Shown here: positions 24,404-39,327 of the stretch, in pieces
Layout: each line of letters starts with the position of its first letter
Numbering within the stretch: position 1 is the stretch's first letter
NCBI GenBank assembly: GCA_046563655.1
Contig: CM102286.1
Location: 12,152,001-12,216,000 of the forward strand
Origin: Yuukianura sp. NJ FZ-2021
Taxonomy: Eukaryota
DNA length: 64,000 bases
Direction of reading: 5' to 3'
Position numbers and translations under genes: made by a program
Notes under the pieces: model-generated
What the model saw: the letters and a program-made list of their open reading frames with translations, nothing else
Database searches by the model: none
Told to the model about the DNA's origin: nothing

Positions 24404-27400
24404 TACTCCACAATATAAACAAATCTATCATCCAATTTAAAAGTAAAACAATTGGAAATGAGACAGAAAACGGAAATTGTCTTGTTACTGAAATTTCTTT
24501 ATGACTGCTATACATAGTGCTAACGAATGAGAGCAAATACGAACTACTACGTATTCCTGCGGACGAGGAGCACCACACTACCAACCACCCTTCATCTTTC
24601 GTCGTAACCATCTTGTTCAAAATTTCAAAATTTCCCTCCTCCTTCTCCGCACGCACGAGTAAATGTATACAATGTAGTCCGCCACAATTTCCTTACAAAA
24701 TGCACTAGTCCGCAACATGCACTTTTCCACATTACAATTCACTTCTGCAACTCTTCTTCACTTTTCCTTTCTAAATCTTCACCGTTTCGCAAAAATTCAA
24801 CTCCAAATTGACCTGCGATCGGGTTTGAGCCGTCTCAAAAGCTGCGAAAAGGACTCAGGAATCCCGTGGATCTTCGAAACTCCGCAAATTTTGAAAAAAA
24901 AAATGCCAAATTTGATCTTTGTTTTTGAAAAACCGAAACTGAAGCAGGCGCAAATGGAAATCTGAAGGCAACTAACGGATTAAGCTCCAGCAGAGGAAAA
25001 AGTGTTTGGAGAAAAAAGAAGATTTTGGAGAGGAAGCAAACGGAGGTCGTTAGGCACTTTTCGCTCAAACCTAAAACGCTGCAGCACAAAAATTACGCTG
25101 CAGCACAAAAAAAAACTTGTGCTGCAGCACAAAAACGCAGCCAACAGTATCTAGCAGCACTAAAACCAATCCCTCTACCTCACTCCAGCAGCAGCACCAG
25201 CTTATATCTTCAGATCGTTACTTTGTTACATGTCATCCAATCTATCAAAACCTTAAACTTTTGAAGCCTAGTTAGTTCTTGTCATTTCATTTTATGATAA
25301 CTGCTTCTCCTCTTGAAGATGATGAGGCAGGAAAATCGGCGGGAGATTTCCGAGGGAAGAGGAAAAGCTTCAATTTTTTCTCCCGGGTTTTTATAGTGCG
25401 AAGGGCTTTGGCCTCTCCTTTTTTCGGTTAGGTTGAAAATGGAGATTGGGAAGGAGCTTAAAGCCCTTAATCTTACGCTGGCAGAGGAAAAGAGAAAGTC
25501 GTTTATAATGGAGAGAAAGTCCAAGTATTTTTTTTTTTGAAAATTGCGCTTCAAGCGCGCCTGTTCAATTCAAGTGGGAACTGAATTTGAAGTAAAGGCG
25601 CGCCAGCAGTAAATTAGAAATCTGATTATAAGTTTCTACGCAAATTTTTTTAGTTCCTTTGTCTTTTCCCTTGGTTCCTCATTATGTTCTCAAAAAGAGA
25701 AGAGTTTAGAAGAAAATGGACGCGTGAAGCATTATTTTCTTGGCTGAAAAGTTTGAGTGTCTCTGGAGAAAGGTGTTACCTTTCTCCTTCTGTTTTAAAA
25801 TCTTAGAACATGAGGATCTTCAGACTTGAAATCCGACACAGGCGAAGTGTGCGAGCAAGGGAAAGTAAAAGCTCAGTCCTTGCTGACTAGTCTAACCTTC
25901 CTAGTTTTCAAAATCTAAGATGCTTCATACCGTTAGGTTTACTTGGTAAGCTGGTTCTGGATTGTCTGAACCCGGGATAGACTAAATCAATAACACTCTG
26001 AGAAAAGAAAGCTCAAAGAATAAGGGCAAGGTGGACTACTTGCCAGTTGGCACAGCTTCCAAGGTTCAGAACTAGACTGTCACCACGTCGACTCCTGCCG
26101 TTTTCTTGTTTGAACATGAGAAAAAACTTCATTCAAGTTTTTTTTTCTTTTCAAACCTTCTTTTTTTGAAAAAGAGAAGAAGAAGGCGAAAAAACTTTGT
26201 ACTTTCTTGCTCCACTGGTGGTAGGGAAAAGGTTTGTGCTTTTGTGAATCATCAAAGTTAGGAAAGAACACGCGTGGCAGTAATCATGATTTCAAATCAC
26301 GAATTTAGAAAAATTGAGAGAAAGACAAACAATTTAACTTTGAAAATAAATGCAAATGTGAAGCTATTTCCTTGAATAGTAAAGGAATTTTACTGAGCAA
26401 ATTTAATTTGGATTTGTATTTTTTACTTTGGTTTGAAATTTTATTCCAAGTTTTCCATTTACGCTCGCACAATGAAATTTCAATTTGGAATTGCAGATTA
26501 TTTCTCGCACTCTTTTCCCTTTCAGATCTTGTCAACAAATCCACTTCAAGCATGCGCGCAAACTTTTTTTTAAATTTAAATTGGAGTTTCAATAAAAAAA
26601 ATTATACAAACTCGAATTTTTCAAGCAAATGTTTTTCAAACGCTTTAAATTATATCTAATGGTCTAAATTAGATATGGTCTAAAAAACTTCTGGAAAAAA
26701 ATGGAGCTAAAAATTCTCCAGGCTGGGCATTCAGACAAAGGAAAAAGAAAGTTCAGGAATTTGAAAATCACAGATTTCGAATTTACGCGGAAAATCAGAG
26801 AACGAATTACGTTTAAGTGGTGTACTTATCTAAGTTATCGCTTTTAATTTGCTGAATAACAACAGACGTCTGTGTCCCATTAAAATAGAAGCAGAAGAAA
26901 GTGGGAGAAAGTGGAAAAGAGTATTTCACTACTATCCTTAGGTAAACAAATTAGTAGTTAGAAGGGAGTAACTACAAACAGAAAGTAAAGTAGGACGACT
27001 GGAGAAGTTAAATTGCAGAACTTGATCGTTTGATTTGTTTCTGATTTTAACTTTGTGTAGTTACTCCCTCCACCCTCTCTTTTACCTTTCCTTTCCTTTC
27101 ATTGACATTATTGATCCTTCCAATAAAACCTAGCAAATAGCTTTCATTTTCTTTTCCTTTAAAGTTACCAGACTGTAAAATACAAGCTGGCTAAGCAAAG
27201 TGCACTTTCTCCCTTTATTTTCTCCAAAACATAATGAGGTTACAAAGGTAAAACAAGAGCAGGACGTCTCCCAATTTTCTCCAGGATTTCATCCCCGTAG
27301 AATAGACCGAAGTAATTTTTCTGAAACTAATTGAACCGAAAAAAAAAAAATTGCGAAAATTCTCCCAGAATAAACAACACAAAATATTTACAAATTCAGA

Positions 27401-30400
27401 AAATAATCCTAAATAAAATGTATTAATTTTAATTTAAATTTGTGTTGAATATTTTTAACCTTTTTTTTGTCGAAATTTAGTACAAAGCGTTTTGATTTCA
27501 GAAACAAATCTGTTTAAAACCAACGGTGTGCTACCGTTTTTTTTGGCCGTTTCACCGAACTTTCTCAAATTTCAGTTTACTGTAGTAGCTCCTCCAGCTT
27601 TGACTAAAGAAAACTGAAGTTCTGCTTACCCAACAGCAGGAGGTAAATTTTACTTTATAAACTTTGACAGGAGCATTATATTCTCCGGCTGAAATTTTGG
27701 GTATATTTGAAAACGAGCTCCTTCAAACAACAAACGCAAAGGAATTAATCAAAAGACCCACGGAACCGTGTTCCCTTTCTTCTGTTTGATAAATAATGAA
27801 AATGAAACGCAGAAATAATTACTACAAAATCAAAAAGGAAACGTGAGAAGGTGTATAAAGTATACGTTTCAATTTAGGACAAGAAAAGACTTGACTTTCC
27901 CATGGCACAAACTTTTAACTTTCTCTTGGTTCGGTGACTTGCGACTTTTACTAACTCGATGGTGAAAGAAGCTCATTATACAGCTTTTCAAATTTTGAAA
28001 AATTTGCCGCACGTGAAAAACCATTAAAAGTTTCTCGTCCCCTTTGCAACTTTCTGTTTTGTTTTTACTATCGGCTTGGTTTGTCCTTTACCAGGAGAAA
28101 TACAGTGGAAAAAATTGGAAGAATCAAAAAGAACTTCTATTTGTTACAAATCTTTGTGAAAAAAGGTTTGCGAAACATTTTTTTCATGCTGTAAAACAAA
28201 TGTGAAGCGTAATAAATTTAAACATTTTTTACAAAAAGAAAAGAAAGTTCTTAGTGTTTCGAGAGCCTAAAGCGAACAGCGTTTGCTTCATGGAGAAATA
28301 AAAGTTTCCGGTTTTTGAGTTGTAACTGAAATGGAAATTAAGCCGGAAATAAGGCAAATGGGCTCCAGAACTTGTTACCGTAGGACATGTGAGATGCTAG
28401 AGAAAGTCCAACATCTACCTTGTGCTGCGTTGCATGGTGTACAACCACATTTCATTTTGTCTAGAACAAAATTTGTGCCTGGAAGCCATTTTGTTGAGGA
28501 CTTTTGGTGCTTTGGAGGAAGTAACTTTTTGAGTCGAGAGAGTTAATAACGTTTGATGTGAATCTTTTCACTTTTTTGGGGGTGCTGGAGATGAAAGTCA
28601 GAGCGGAAACAAGCTTAGATTTCATTTCAAAAACCTCATATGCTCTAAAGAGTCAAAAATTTAATTCTTTCCTCAAAAATTTCAAAATCGGTTTTTCAAA
28701 AAAGCTCAAATGAATTTACGGGCTTATGCTTTTTCCGCTTTAGAAGCTTGAGACCAAGCAGAGCGCCTTTTTCAATTGCGTTTCAAACCGATTCCTTTCA
28801 GCATGCCAAATCATTACAACTTGCTAGAAAAGTCTTGTCAAGCGTTCCTCACATTAAAATTATGAATTTGAAAAGTGGCGCTTTTCTCCCGCTGTTTTGT
28901 ATACTCAGAAATTTTCATTAAATGCCCATATTTAATAAGATTTTTGTCAAAGAGCCTGGAAAGTACCAACCATTACTATCATTTCCACCGACTCGTTTGT
29001 TCCTCCACTCCATGATAACTTAGCACTTTAAATTTTGGCTCCTACAATTCTTTTTAAATTCTAAACTTTTTTCAAAAAAAAAAGTTCAAAGGCTTTCCTT
29101 TTTCTTTTACCACGAACCCGTCGGATTCATTTTCGTAATTAGTCGATGGAGAAAGCTTCTCCACGGAAGCTTTTTAGTATTTGTATTCAAAATCTTACTT
29201 TCTCCGTCTAGGTCCTAATTGGCCTCATTTAGAACAACGTCAGACAGCATAGAGTTACTCCATTTCACGAGCTAGGCGCCAAATTTAAATCTCGTCCCAT
29301 TTTCCTCGCTTCATTTCAAAATGGAAAGTGAAAATTGACTCTGAGGTGGGCCTTGGAGCGTGAAAACAGAATGATTAATTCAGTCATAACGACGGTTTCT
29401 AGTCCTCAGAAAATTCTCGCAAGAGAGAAGGTCATTGGCGTTGGGCTTCCAGGAAGTCAGAAGCTCCAAAACATCATAAAAGCACAGGAACTCAATGGTA
29501 TGATAAATGGAGTCCATTTAACCTCCTACTATGTTTTGAGAACACAGTTTAGTTCGACTCTCACCGACTAGGCTAGTAACCAAGAGAAATTTTAACATTA
29601 CTGAAGCCTACAGCTTGGTCTAGGACCTTATTATGGTTCGCGTGAAAGTGGAAGTGAAGGCATGAGAAATGCGCTTTATTTCTACCCGTGTAGGATTCCA
29701 ATGAAGGAGGAAGTTCCATGATGTTGAAAGGTTTATTAGCATTCCAAAATCAGCGCCGAGATAACATCTTTGTCAGTCAGTTGAAGAAGTGTTGAGCTCT
29801 TACTTTCACTCTTGCCAGCAAAACCTAGCCTAGGTTATGGTTTCTACTCCATTTCTGAATGGATACTGTATGGAGCCAAGAGAATGATGACGAGTGAAAA
29901 TATGACTTTGAGCTGAATTTAAACGAGCGCGTGGAAAGAAAATGGGGAATCTGTGGTGGGTTAACCAAAATTGGCGCCCCAGTTTGCGTTTCCGCTGATG
30001 AATTTCAAATGTGAGCTGAGAGAAGCTCATTTTATCAAGAAAACTGAATAATGGCCCTGGCTTTCACATGCTGTGCAGCTTCAAAAGCAGGCAGAATCTT
30101 TGTTATACTGTTATAGTATGTCACTGTTTACCTTTAATTACGAGCTTCTTTTACGCAACTGAATAACCTAACCTAACTTTTAAAATTCTGAAAACGTATC
30201 TTTATTGCCTGAAAACACCCGTGACCTACTTTTTTCGTAGATTCAATAAAATCTTGAACTGGCTGGCGGTATGAACGCTATGATGAACGGATTTACCGGT
30301 ATACACAGAAACTGTACGCAGAGACTAAAAAAAGTGACGGTAAACGTTCATATTGCGCAGGTTGGTTAGAAAATATTAGTATGCTTAGAGTTACGCCGAG

Positions 30401-33400
30401 TTAAGAATAAATGGTTATGATGCGCAGAGTTACGATAAGTTAGGGGAAATGGTTATGATGTACAATGTACAAAACTACAAAGGATCTAAGGGTGAAAGCA
30501 AAGTAAAAACAATTGAGTTTCACAGTGTGTAATTTCCCGGTGAAAAGTATTTTCCTCAAGGGAAATTCAAACAAAATATGATGGGTTATGGCGAAAGCCC
30601 TTTTGCTTCTTTTGAATTTTTTTATGAAAATATTCTTATTCTTTTTGAATTTGAAAGGAAGGAGTTCTCACTGTGTCTAGGGAGAGATCAGTACTTTTCA
30701 GAAAACAAACGTTGCTGAGTAAAACTGACTGCAGTTAACGCGCTTTCTCTTTTCTTGTTAGCGCGTGATCAACAATTTTTAATTAAAGCGGTACACGAAA
30801 TTATTTCAAATGGCAGAAACTTCTATTTTACAACTCGGAAAGTGCGCATGCGTAGATCGAAACGTTACAAGAAAAAGGCGGTTTTGTTTGTCCAGAATAC
30901 TGGAAACAAATTAAATTCTGGAACGTGATTGACAGGAGTGAGAGAGCCCTTCGCACTTTGTTTTTGGTTTTGCTTTGATGACTTTCTCTTTTGTTATTTG
31001 AAATTTTTGGATAATTCTCAGAAAAAGAAATTTTGAAACTTTCCCTCCACTTTCTCCTGGTCGTGTCACTATACGTTGAATTACGAAAGTTCATTAAAAG
31101 AGACTGACTTTTTACTGGTGCAGGTACTGCGTGTATTTAGAATTAATAATTTCACACCTCATAAATAACTCATTTTAATTAAACTTTAAACTTAACGGTG
31201 CTAAATATCTGTTCGAACCTTAATTTATTTGTCCTAAACAATGTTGTTCACATACACTTGTACTCTCGCATTGTTCATGTGCCCCTTGTGCAATACTTTT
31301 GATTTAACTAATGAGTTAACTTGATTATTAAAGTTAACAATTGCGTAATCGTTGTAACAGTGAGACCTTGTCTGTGAGATCAAAAACAATATTTCAAAAA
31401 TATCATGACATGACCTGTACTTTAGACAAAAAAAAAACTCTAATTTTTCTCTCTAACAAATTGAAAAAAGGTAATAATTTATTGATGAGATTTCAAAGAC
31501 ATATAGACTTTTTGATTGTTACCAAAACTAGCCAACCAACACTGCGTCACTGTAATTAGTACAACCACTTTAGGCACAATTTTAGTTAATTGTAGTTAGT
31601 CCACTTGTAGTTAACTTTAGTTTCAGTTAGTTTAGTGTAGTTTTTGTGATGGAAAGTGTCCTGCCGTTGTTCCTTATTATACTTTTTATGTTCCGTGACT
31701 GTGACCTGTGACTGTGAACTCTTTTCATTGTGAATGCGTCTAATGTTCTTCCCCTTCTCATTCAAAACCGGTGCTCCTTGTTCAGTGCTTCTAACATTTC
31801 CGTAGTGTTCAGTGATCCACACACACAACTGCACATGCGCCTCCTCCTTTTGCTCGTCGCACGCACTACAATTTAAAAAATGTATTAAAATATTTAATAT
31901 TGAAATCTAATATAATATAATCTAATAAAATAAATTTAATGTTCACTAAGACTAGGATTGTACTTTCATTTCATTTCATTTCATTTATTCTCCTGTTTTT
32001 AAACAGGAATTATTTTAACTTTAAACAAAAATTATTAAAACGATAGCATTTTTTTAGAAAATAAATTTACCAAAACTTGTTTTTGTAAAAATAACATAAC
32101 CACTGATGTACAGTGTACCCCCTAATGTAATCTAAGCCTAAAAATGTAATTAGTCAATGATAAATGTGTTTTTATAGAACTTAAAAACAAAAAGTACATT
32201 CGACTGAATGCTAATATAGAACTTACGTTTACCAAAAAGCACTAAAAAATTTACTGCTGCTATAAAGTAATATGTGAAATGTATAAAAACGTCTCTAAAT
32301 TTTAAAATGTAATATGTCCTCTGCTCTCTTTTTTTTAAAGGAGTGTGATTTACAAAAAGAAAATCCCTAATAAATTACGGGTATATTTTGATGAGACATT
32401 CAGAGAAAATTTCCAAAGAACTTTATTTTTTTCAAAAAAAATCTAGAAAAATGTACTACAAAGTGAAACTGAAAGTACTTTCACTCCCACACATCCATTT
32501 CCCATAACTCTGCCAAATGTGACCATAATACAAACTTTCTCCTCCGGACAAGCCCTGTCTGCCCTCTTTACTTTACTCATGGCCTGCATTGCGAAAGATT
32601 AAAAGGAAAAGCTGAGGCTTAATGTAATTGGTTCTCAAGAAAAGAGTCAGTCAGTAGTATTATATCGGCCTACCCACGTTAAATCCCGAATCGGTTTCCA
32701 TTATTAACCGATTCTGATGGCCATTCATTGATGTTGGAAAACTACCGAGCGATTCACAATAAAAAACGCCAAATCCACAAACATTTGGTAAGTCCAAACA
32801 TTATTTAAAAAAAAAATTTTTTAGACATTTAACAATAGACGAATAGCGATACTGACATCGGCTTGTTTGTTTCTGACAGAGCACAACATCACATGACCCA
32901 GTTTTTTCAAAACGATGATTTTTTTTTCAAAAATATTTTGATGTAAGATTTTAGAGCTGAGAAAATTTTTGAAGGATGAACGATGATATAAGTGAGCTTA
33001 AGAAGTGATTTTTTCTACTTTCTTTTTTCTTTTCGTAGAAGCGCGTTCTTTTGGCACTTCCTTTCTTGTTTTTGAAAAAATAAAGTGTCCAAAAGTCCAA
33101 AACAGAAGATTTTGGGACAGCGGGGAAGATTCAGCCTCCAACATCAGGAGCATAAGATGCAGAAGCAGCAGTATGTGGGCGGCGGAACTGTTGGTGAACA
33201 TTGTGTGGGCTAAACTGCTGGGAATGATCGCAGCGGTTGACTTCAGCCCTGCTTACATGTCCTTTGTCGACTTGAAGGCTCCTTTTTAGTGACAAGGCAC
33301 CGGGGACTTTGGCTGCTATTGAAGAAAAGAAAGACAGCAACTGTGACGCTGATTTACTTTTGCTTTTGAAGAAAACAGATCAGAGCCAAACGAATACTTG

Positions 33401-35032
33401 ATACACACATGTCTTATTCATCAAAAACTAACAAAAACTTACTAAAAGTAAAACTACAACTTACAATCTACAATTCAACAAAAACTAAAACTAAGCATCC
33501 GAAATATCACAAAAAGTAAACTTTTGTTTTCAATTGGACGAAATAATCTTAAAGTTGTATAGCTCAGTAGGCTTCCTTCCAAGTCCTTTTCTTGGCTCTT
33601 GGCTGTGGACTTGGAAAGAGCAGCCAGAAAAAAATCCTGGAGTCATCCATGTTTGAATTGGCTTCTGGCGCCATTTCCAAAAGCTTTTGAACAGACGAAC
33701 AGACTCCGCGAAAGACACAAGAGCGGAGGAGAAAGGAAGGAAATGGCACAAAATGAAAGGTTCCCGAGACTTTCCCAGCCATTCATTTCCAGTGTACTTC
33801 TGTTCCAGCGGCAGCACAAAAACGACTTCCAGTGCACCAAAAAACTTCAAGCTTCGCTCCAAAAATCTTCCGTTTGTTGTCCAAGGTCCGTCGACGCCAC
33901 ATTCAGTGCTAAACACATACAAAAAAATGACAAAAACAAGGACTTTCACCACTTTCGAGAAAAAGTTTTTCCTTGGCCCGATTATTTCCAAATGAGCATT
34001 TAACATTTGTTTGAACGATACTTAAATTCGCATTACAAAAATAAAACATAAAATGCTAGAGTTGAGAATAGATATCCAGAAAGCCCTAATCAAAACCTAA
34101 CTTTGAGTTGGCGTTGATCGTTGGGCGCCACAGCAGAAATGCGGGAAACTCAAAATCCAATCAAATTGGAGCTCTGTGTGTCTCTGATGTGGCTAAGATA
34201 GAAAAGTCATAAAGTCAATCAACCAAGTAGAAACATAAGAGAAACTGATCCTCTTCATTCCCTTCTCCAATTTCAAAGTCTCTAATCCTAATCTTCAACT
34301 ATACTTCCAAGCTTCATCTGTACACAACCTAACATTTATGTACATTTATGTATTCTGTAGTTACATAACATAAATGTTACTTCGTTACATGACAAAAGTT
34401 ATGTAACAAAGTATAACATTGTGACTAAAACCGAAATGTGTTTCACCAAAGCTCAAGGTCGGATGATCATGTTCTACGACGCAGAAACGTCGAGAGCTGG
34501 CGCCAAGATTTGAACTGTTAAAACATAATCATAATAGTTAAAAGTTAATGTACCTTTGCTAAATTTTGAACATCAAGTTAAAACTGCAATTAAACCAAAA
34601 ACCTCCTCCAAATCTCCATTTCACATAACAAGTGAAAGTGAAAGACTTTCACTTTTGGCTTTGTTTTAATTTCCCTGCGGCGATTCTAAAAACAAAATCG
34701 GAAAAGTTTTCTACTCAAATGAAAAATTTTCAAATTTATAGCACACTTCCACTTGGAGCTTGAGGTGGTGGTTAGCTTTTAGAAGTTTTCAAATTTTGCA
34801 GTTTTCGAAAAAGTTTTTTTTTTTCAAATTTCAAACGTCATGAGCATTTTCACTTTTTAGAAATGAAATGAGATTGTGTGAATGAAACTTGATCACTTTC
34901 CCTGTTGTTAGTTGATGATAGAGAAAAGTGAGGAGATTTAAAAAGATCCCAAGTACTCAGAACTGACAAAGTGTTTACTCCTCAATTTTCGTTTTTTAAT
35001 TTACGTAAGCTCCGAATTGAGTTAGCAAAGTA

Positions 35033-35205
35033 CCGCAAGTTTCCAAGTAATGCCTACTTCATAAATAAGCGCCTCAAATAAGATATGCATTTTCAGGGCT
35101 CGTTTACTAATAAGTTTGTGTCCACAAAAATTCAAACGAACAAGCCTAAATTTTGAAATTTCAGTAGAAATACAAGCCTGGGGGCTACAACTTGAAGTTT
35201 TACGG
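35033..35205. mobile_element. CCGT-TIR MITE family member (TA-flanked, degenerate)
   Basis: TA|CCGCAAGTTTCCAAGT ... ACTTGAAGTTTTACGG|TA. Confidence 0.55.
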
Positions 35206-38200
35206 TATGTCCTCTTGCTCTTGGAGTCTAAAAAGTTGGAGATTTTGGCATTGATTATTGGAGCCGGGAAGGAAAAGTACTACTAAAGTCTATAAGGACT
35301 TTTCAAGTGAGATGAGTTTTAATAGGATTTAGATCCTTAAGTCCCTCCATTTCTAATTGAATTCTGATTGATTTTCCTCCTGATCTCTCCTTTTTCCTTC
35401 TAGTACTTTTCTAGCATTTTAAAAAACGTACAATACATTTTTCTCCTTTTTCCATTCAGTTGGTTTTGACATTTCAAAAAAATTGAAAAGTAGTCGGAGC
35501 AAAATCAATAGCAACAAAACTCACATTTTGCTTTCGGTACGTACCAAGGACAATTTTTTCCCTCAACTTTTCGTATTCGTTTCCACTTGGTTTGAGTTCG
35601 CTTTTACATCGAATTTGAAGCCTGTTTCTTTTCCCTACTTTTAAGCTCAATTCTTCGTCGTAAACTTTCAACTTCAACTTCTTCATTCCACTGCCTTCGG
35701 ATAAAATAACTTTGCGCATGAAGAAATTCTCAATGAAGAAAGGGCTTTGTACAGAACACGACAGTAGAACTTTTTAAAGAAAAAGTCAACTTTAGACAGC
35801 ATCCAAAGAATCTTAAGGGTTCCGGGGATGTTTCCTTAAGGGACTTCAACTGCTTGAAAGTAACTACAGGGAAAATAAAGTCTCGTTTTAGGCTAAAACC
35901 TAAAAGTTAGGCTAACTTAACTTTCACTCCTTCGAGCAATTGCTCCTCAGACGTCAAATCCACAAGACTTAATTGATCTTTTGATCCTTTGAACTAACTA
36001 ATTCTCTTCTCCAAAACTTTTTAAACAAAAGGAGAAAGTGAAACTGAAAAAAGAAGAAGAACAAAAAAAAACTCTGGTTCAACTTTTCATTCCACAACTC
36101 AATCAAGATAATTTGGAAAACGAAAAAAAACGAATTTTCTTTCAGTTTGGAAAATTAAGGTTTTGGTTCATTTGGGAAGCCTAGTTTCAGTCTTAACAAA
36201 ACTTTTTGAAAAAAAAAATGGCGAAAGAAAGAGGAAACCGTGAAACTGAAACCCGCGGTTTTTTGAAGCTTATTTCTAATGTCAGGAAAGAAAAAAAATC
36301 AAAGTCAGAAACTGTAGCCAAAATCCTACAGTTTCTGTCTGGCAGTACACAGTGTTATCTGCCAGCTCCAAAAAAGTTCCCACAAAATCCTCTTTTCATT
36401 GAGTTTTTTTTTTCATTCAGTTCAGTATAAAAGTTAGGTTAGAACCAGCATAGCGTCGTCTCTGCAACATGAATCAGCGCACTAAAGTTCCATTTCTGGT
36501 GCACTGCACCGATGTGGCTTCAACTTCATCCACTTCTGACAAGATTAAAATCCGAATTCGGATCTCTACGTATAAGACTTGGTTTAGAGAAAAGCGCTAG
36601 AAGTGGAGTCGACTGTACATCCATTGGCAGCCCAATATATTTTTTGACAGCTTCCACTTCCCGCACTTTAACGAAATTTCACGCTCCACATTCTCCATCC
36701 CCTTTTTTTGTCAGGCTAAATTGTTCAAAAGCGTCCGATTTAAAAGGAATCCTTTGGACAAGCCATGAGGCTTTGCTTGTTTTTGACAGCGATTTGCGAC
36801 AACATGGCAAACTGACAAATCTTTCCATTGAATTCACTTGACTTTGGATTTAAAAATACGAAAACAATGGTAGAGGAGAGACAGAGAGTGGTTCAGAATT
36901 TTCAAACTTTCCCGGGTGGAAAAAAACAGTCTAACTTTCCCTCGAGGACAGACTTTAGCACATCAAGAGCACACAAACGAAGAATCTACTCGACCTGACC
37001 TCCTTACAAACGAAAAGTGAAGTTGACTTCAAAAGAAAACCTTGGACTCGGCTCTCACCTAAGGTAAATAAGCCCAACATGTGCACTGTACTGGAAAATG
37101 GCGGCAAAGCTGACGACGGTTTTGAACTTTCAGTTCGAACTTTCATGAGCCAGAAAACCTTATGTTAAAGTGCTTTTCACAAAGTCTGTGGATTACCATT
37201 CTCAAAAGGATTAATCCTTCGTACGCGCCAAATCCAAATCAATGTAAAACCTCACTTTGACAACATAAGTTAAATCTAACCCAAACTGGAGCAACCTAAA
37301 CAGAATTTAATTTACTGAACCAACCAATCAGAGTGAGTTTCCCAATTTGGACTTCTACTGTACTAACCGCAGCTTCAACTTACATTTACATAAACCGTTT
37401 TGTTTGTAATATTTTTAAACAAACACTCTGTAAATTGAAATTAAGATGAAATTAGCGGAAGAGTAAAGCAACTGACGAATCACACGAGCGGAAAATTCTT
37501 TGAATTTTTTGAAAAACCGAAAATGAAATTGGCGAGGATTCTTCTGTGAGTGATTTTGAATTCTCCGCTTGCTCCAGAAGTAGCTTTCAGCTTAAGCATT
37601 TGAATAATAAAGTTTCAAAAACTGAAATTCCATTTTAAAAATTCAAAAAATCCATTTCCTCTTCCAAGAATTATAACAGTTGAGCAACTTCCAAGCGTGG
37701 GAGGTTCCAAGTGTGAAAGGCGCTGAAAGAATCTTCGGATGGTGAAACACTACTCTCAGGAATTCACACTCTCTGCTCCACCAAAGTTTCCGGCCATTTT
37801 GAAAAGTGTGTTTTGAACTAAAATGAATAGGCTACAGAGTCTAACCTCAAAACACGCACGCGCCAAGTTGAAAGTGTTATGTTGTCTGGTTGTAGAGAGA
37901 GAAAAGCGACATCAAATGACAAATTACAAGTCGCAGAGATCCAACCACTGGAAGATTGATTCCAGCGTAGTGACAAGGGCAAAGGTGGCAAAGATTCCTC
38001 TAGGCTCTGGAAGTTCCTGGACAGTTTCCTGGAAACCGACAACGTAGGCTAGGTTATAGGAGAGAAACGGAGAAATGTGTTTGGAGTGAAGCATACTAGA
38101 AAGTTCGGGGAATCACGTAGATGATTGTCATACGTGGGGCAGTTCCATAATTCTGCTGGAGACGTTCCAGAATCCGTTGGATTTTTTCTAAGGTTCCAAA

Positions 38201-39327
38201 AAATCCCATTTTCTCTACCTCAAAGCTCTCTTGGAATTCATTTTGGCCCGTAAAAACAAAAAAAAGTGCGGGAGAAGTGAAGGGATTTCCATCAAGTAAC
38301 CTGTGAAAACAATCAAAGTTGTGTCAATCACAGCAGTAAACAATAGACTTTCTCTGCTGCCAAACCAGAGGAAGACACACCTTACGTTTTCCTAATCTCT
38401 CCAAATCTTCTGGCCATTTTCATCTTCATGAATTCAGAAAAACATTGCGTGTCCATAAACAAAACGAACTCTATGTTTATCCTCCCAGTTCGACTTGGAC
38501 CGAACTTCCTAAGGTTAGGTTTAAGTTAGGCTTGTCGGTAGCCGTGATAGCACGATAAACACACTCCATTGACATGCAATCCTTTCCCTACGTTACTATC
38601 CAACTTATAATGTGAAAACGGTGGGTGAAAATAATCATAAAAAAGACGGAGAAAGTTCGGAGCTAGATTCATTTCATGCCCAAAACTCATTTTCACCATC
38701 ATCTCATCAAGAATCAAAGGCTAAACTTTTGGCAGTAGGTTCATAATTTAGGTGAAACAGTGAACAAAATTTCGGATTGTGGCGTAGCAGTAAGTCATGG
38801 AATTCCATCGTACCAAGGTACGAAATACCACGGAAAAAAGCTCTTACACTAATTTCTTTTCAAACTTTCCCTCTCTTTCACTTTTAGTTTTGTTTTTGAG
38901 ATGATTACGGTGGCAGGGCAGAAGGGTGGAGCTGGTTCGAGGTAAGGCCTTCGCAGAAAGATTTGCAAGTGAAAACAGAGCTTTTCATAGCTCAAAAAAG
39001 TGAAAGGAGAAAAAAGAAAGTCAAAGTTCGAAAAAACTGAAGAGTTTTCTTCATTTTTTTCAGGAAGACTTATATCCTTCTCTTCTGGAGAATAATGTGA
39101 CTTTGTCAGAGATAATGGGAAATAGATAAGGTGAAAGTGAAAATTTTCTAGGCGGTGGAGAAAGTAATAGGAACCTTGGGAAGGATGATGTTGGAAATGG
39201 AACAAAACGGGTATCTTCCCCCTAGTTTTTTAGCATCACAAGGACGATAGGATCCATCTAGAAAAACTTTATCCGTTTATACCCGACTCCAACTGAAAAG
39301 TGTAGTTTTTGCTTTCTAACAAACCTA

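Noticed and set aside
30380..30460. Two ~39-bp tandem units (AGAGTTACG...AAATGGTTATGATG)
   Set aside because: Short degenerate duplication with no termini or further structure
33530..34006. Overlapping 134-158 aa ORFs on both strands
   Set aside because: No recognisable motif in any frame; kept only as part of the possible non-coding transcript
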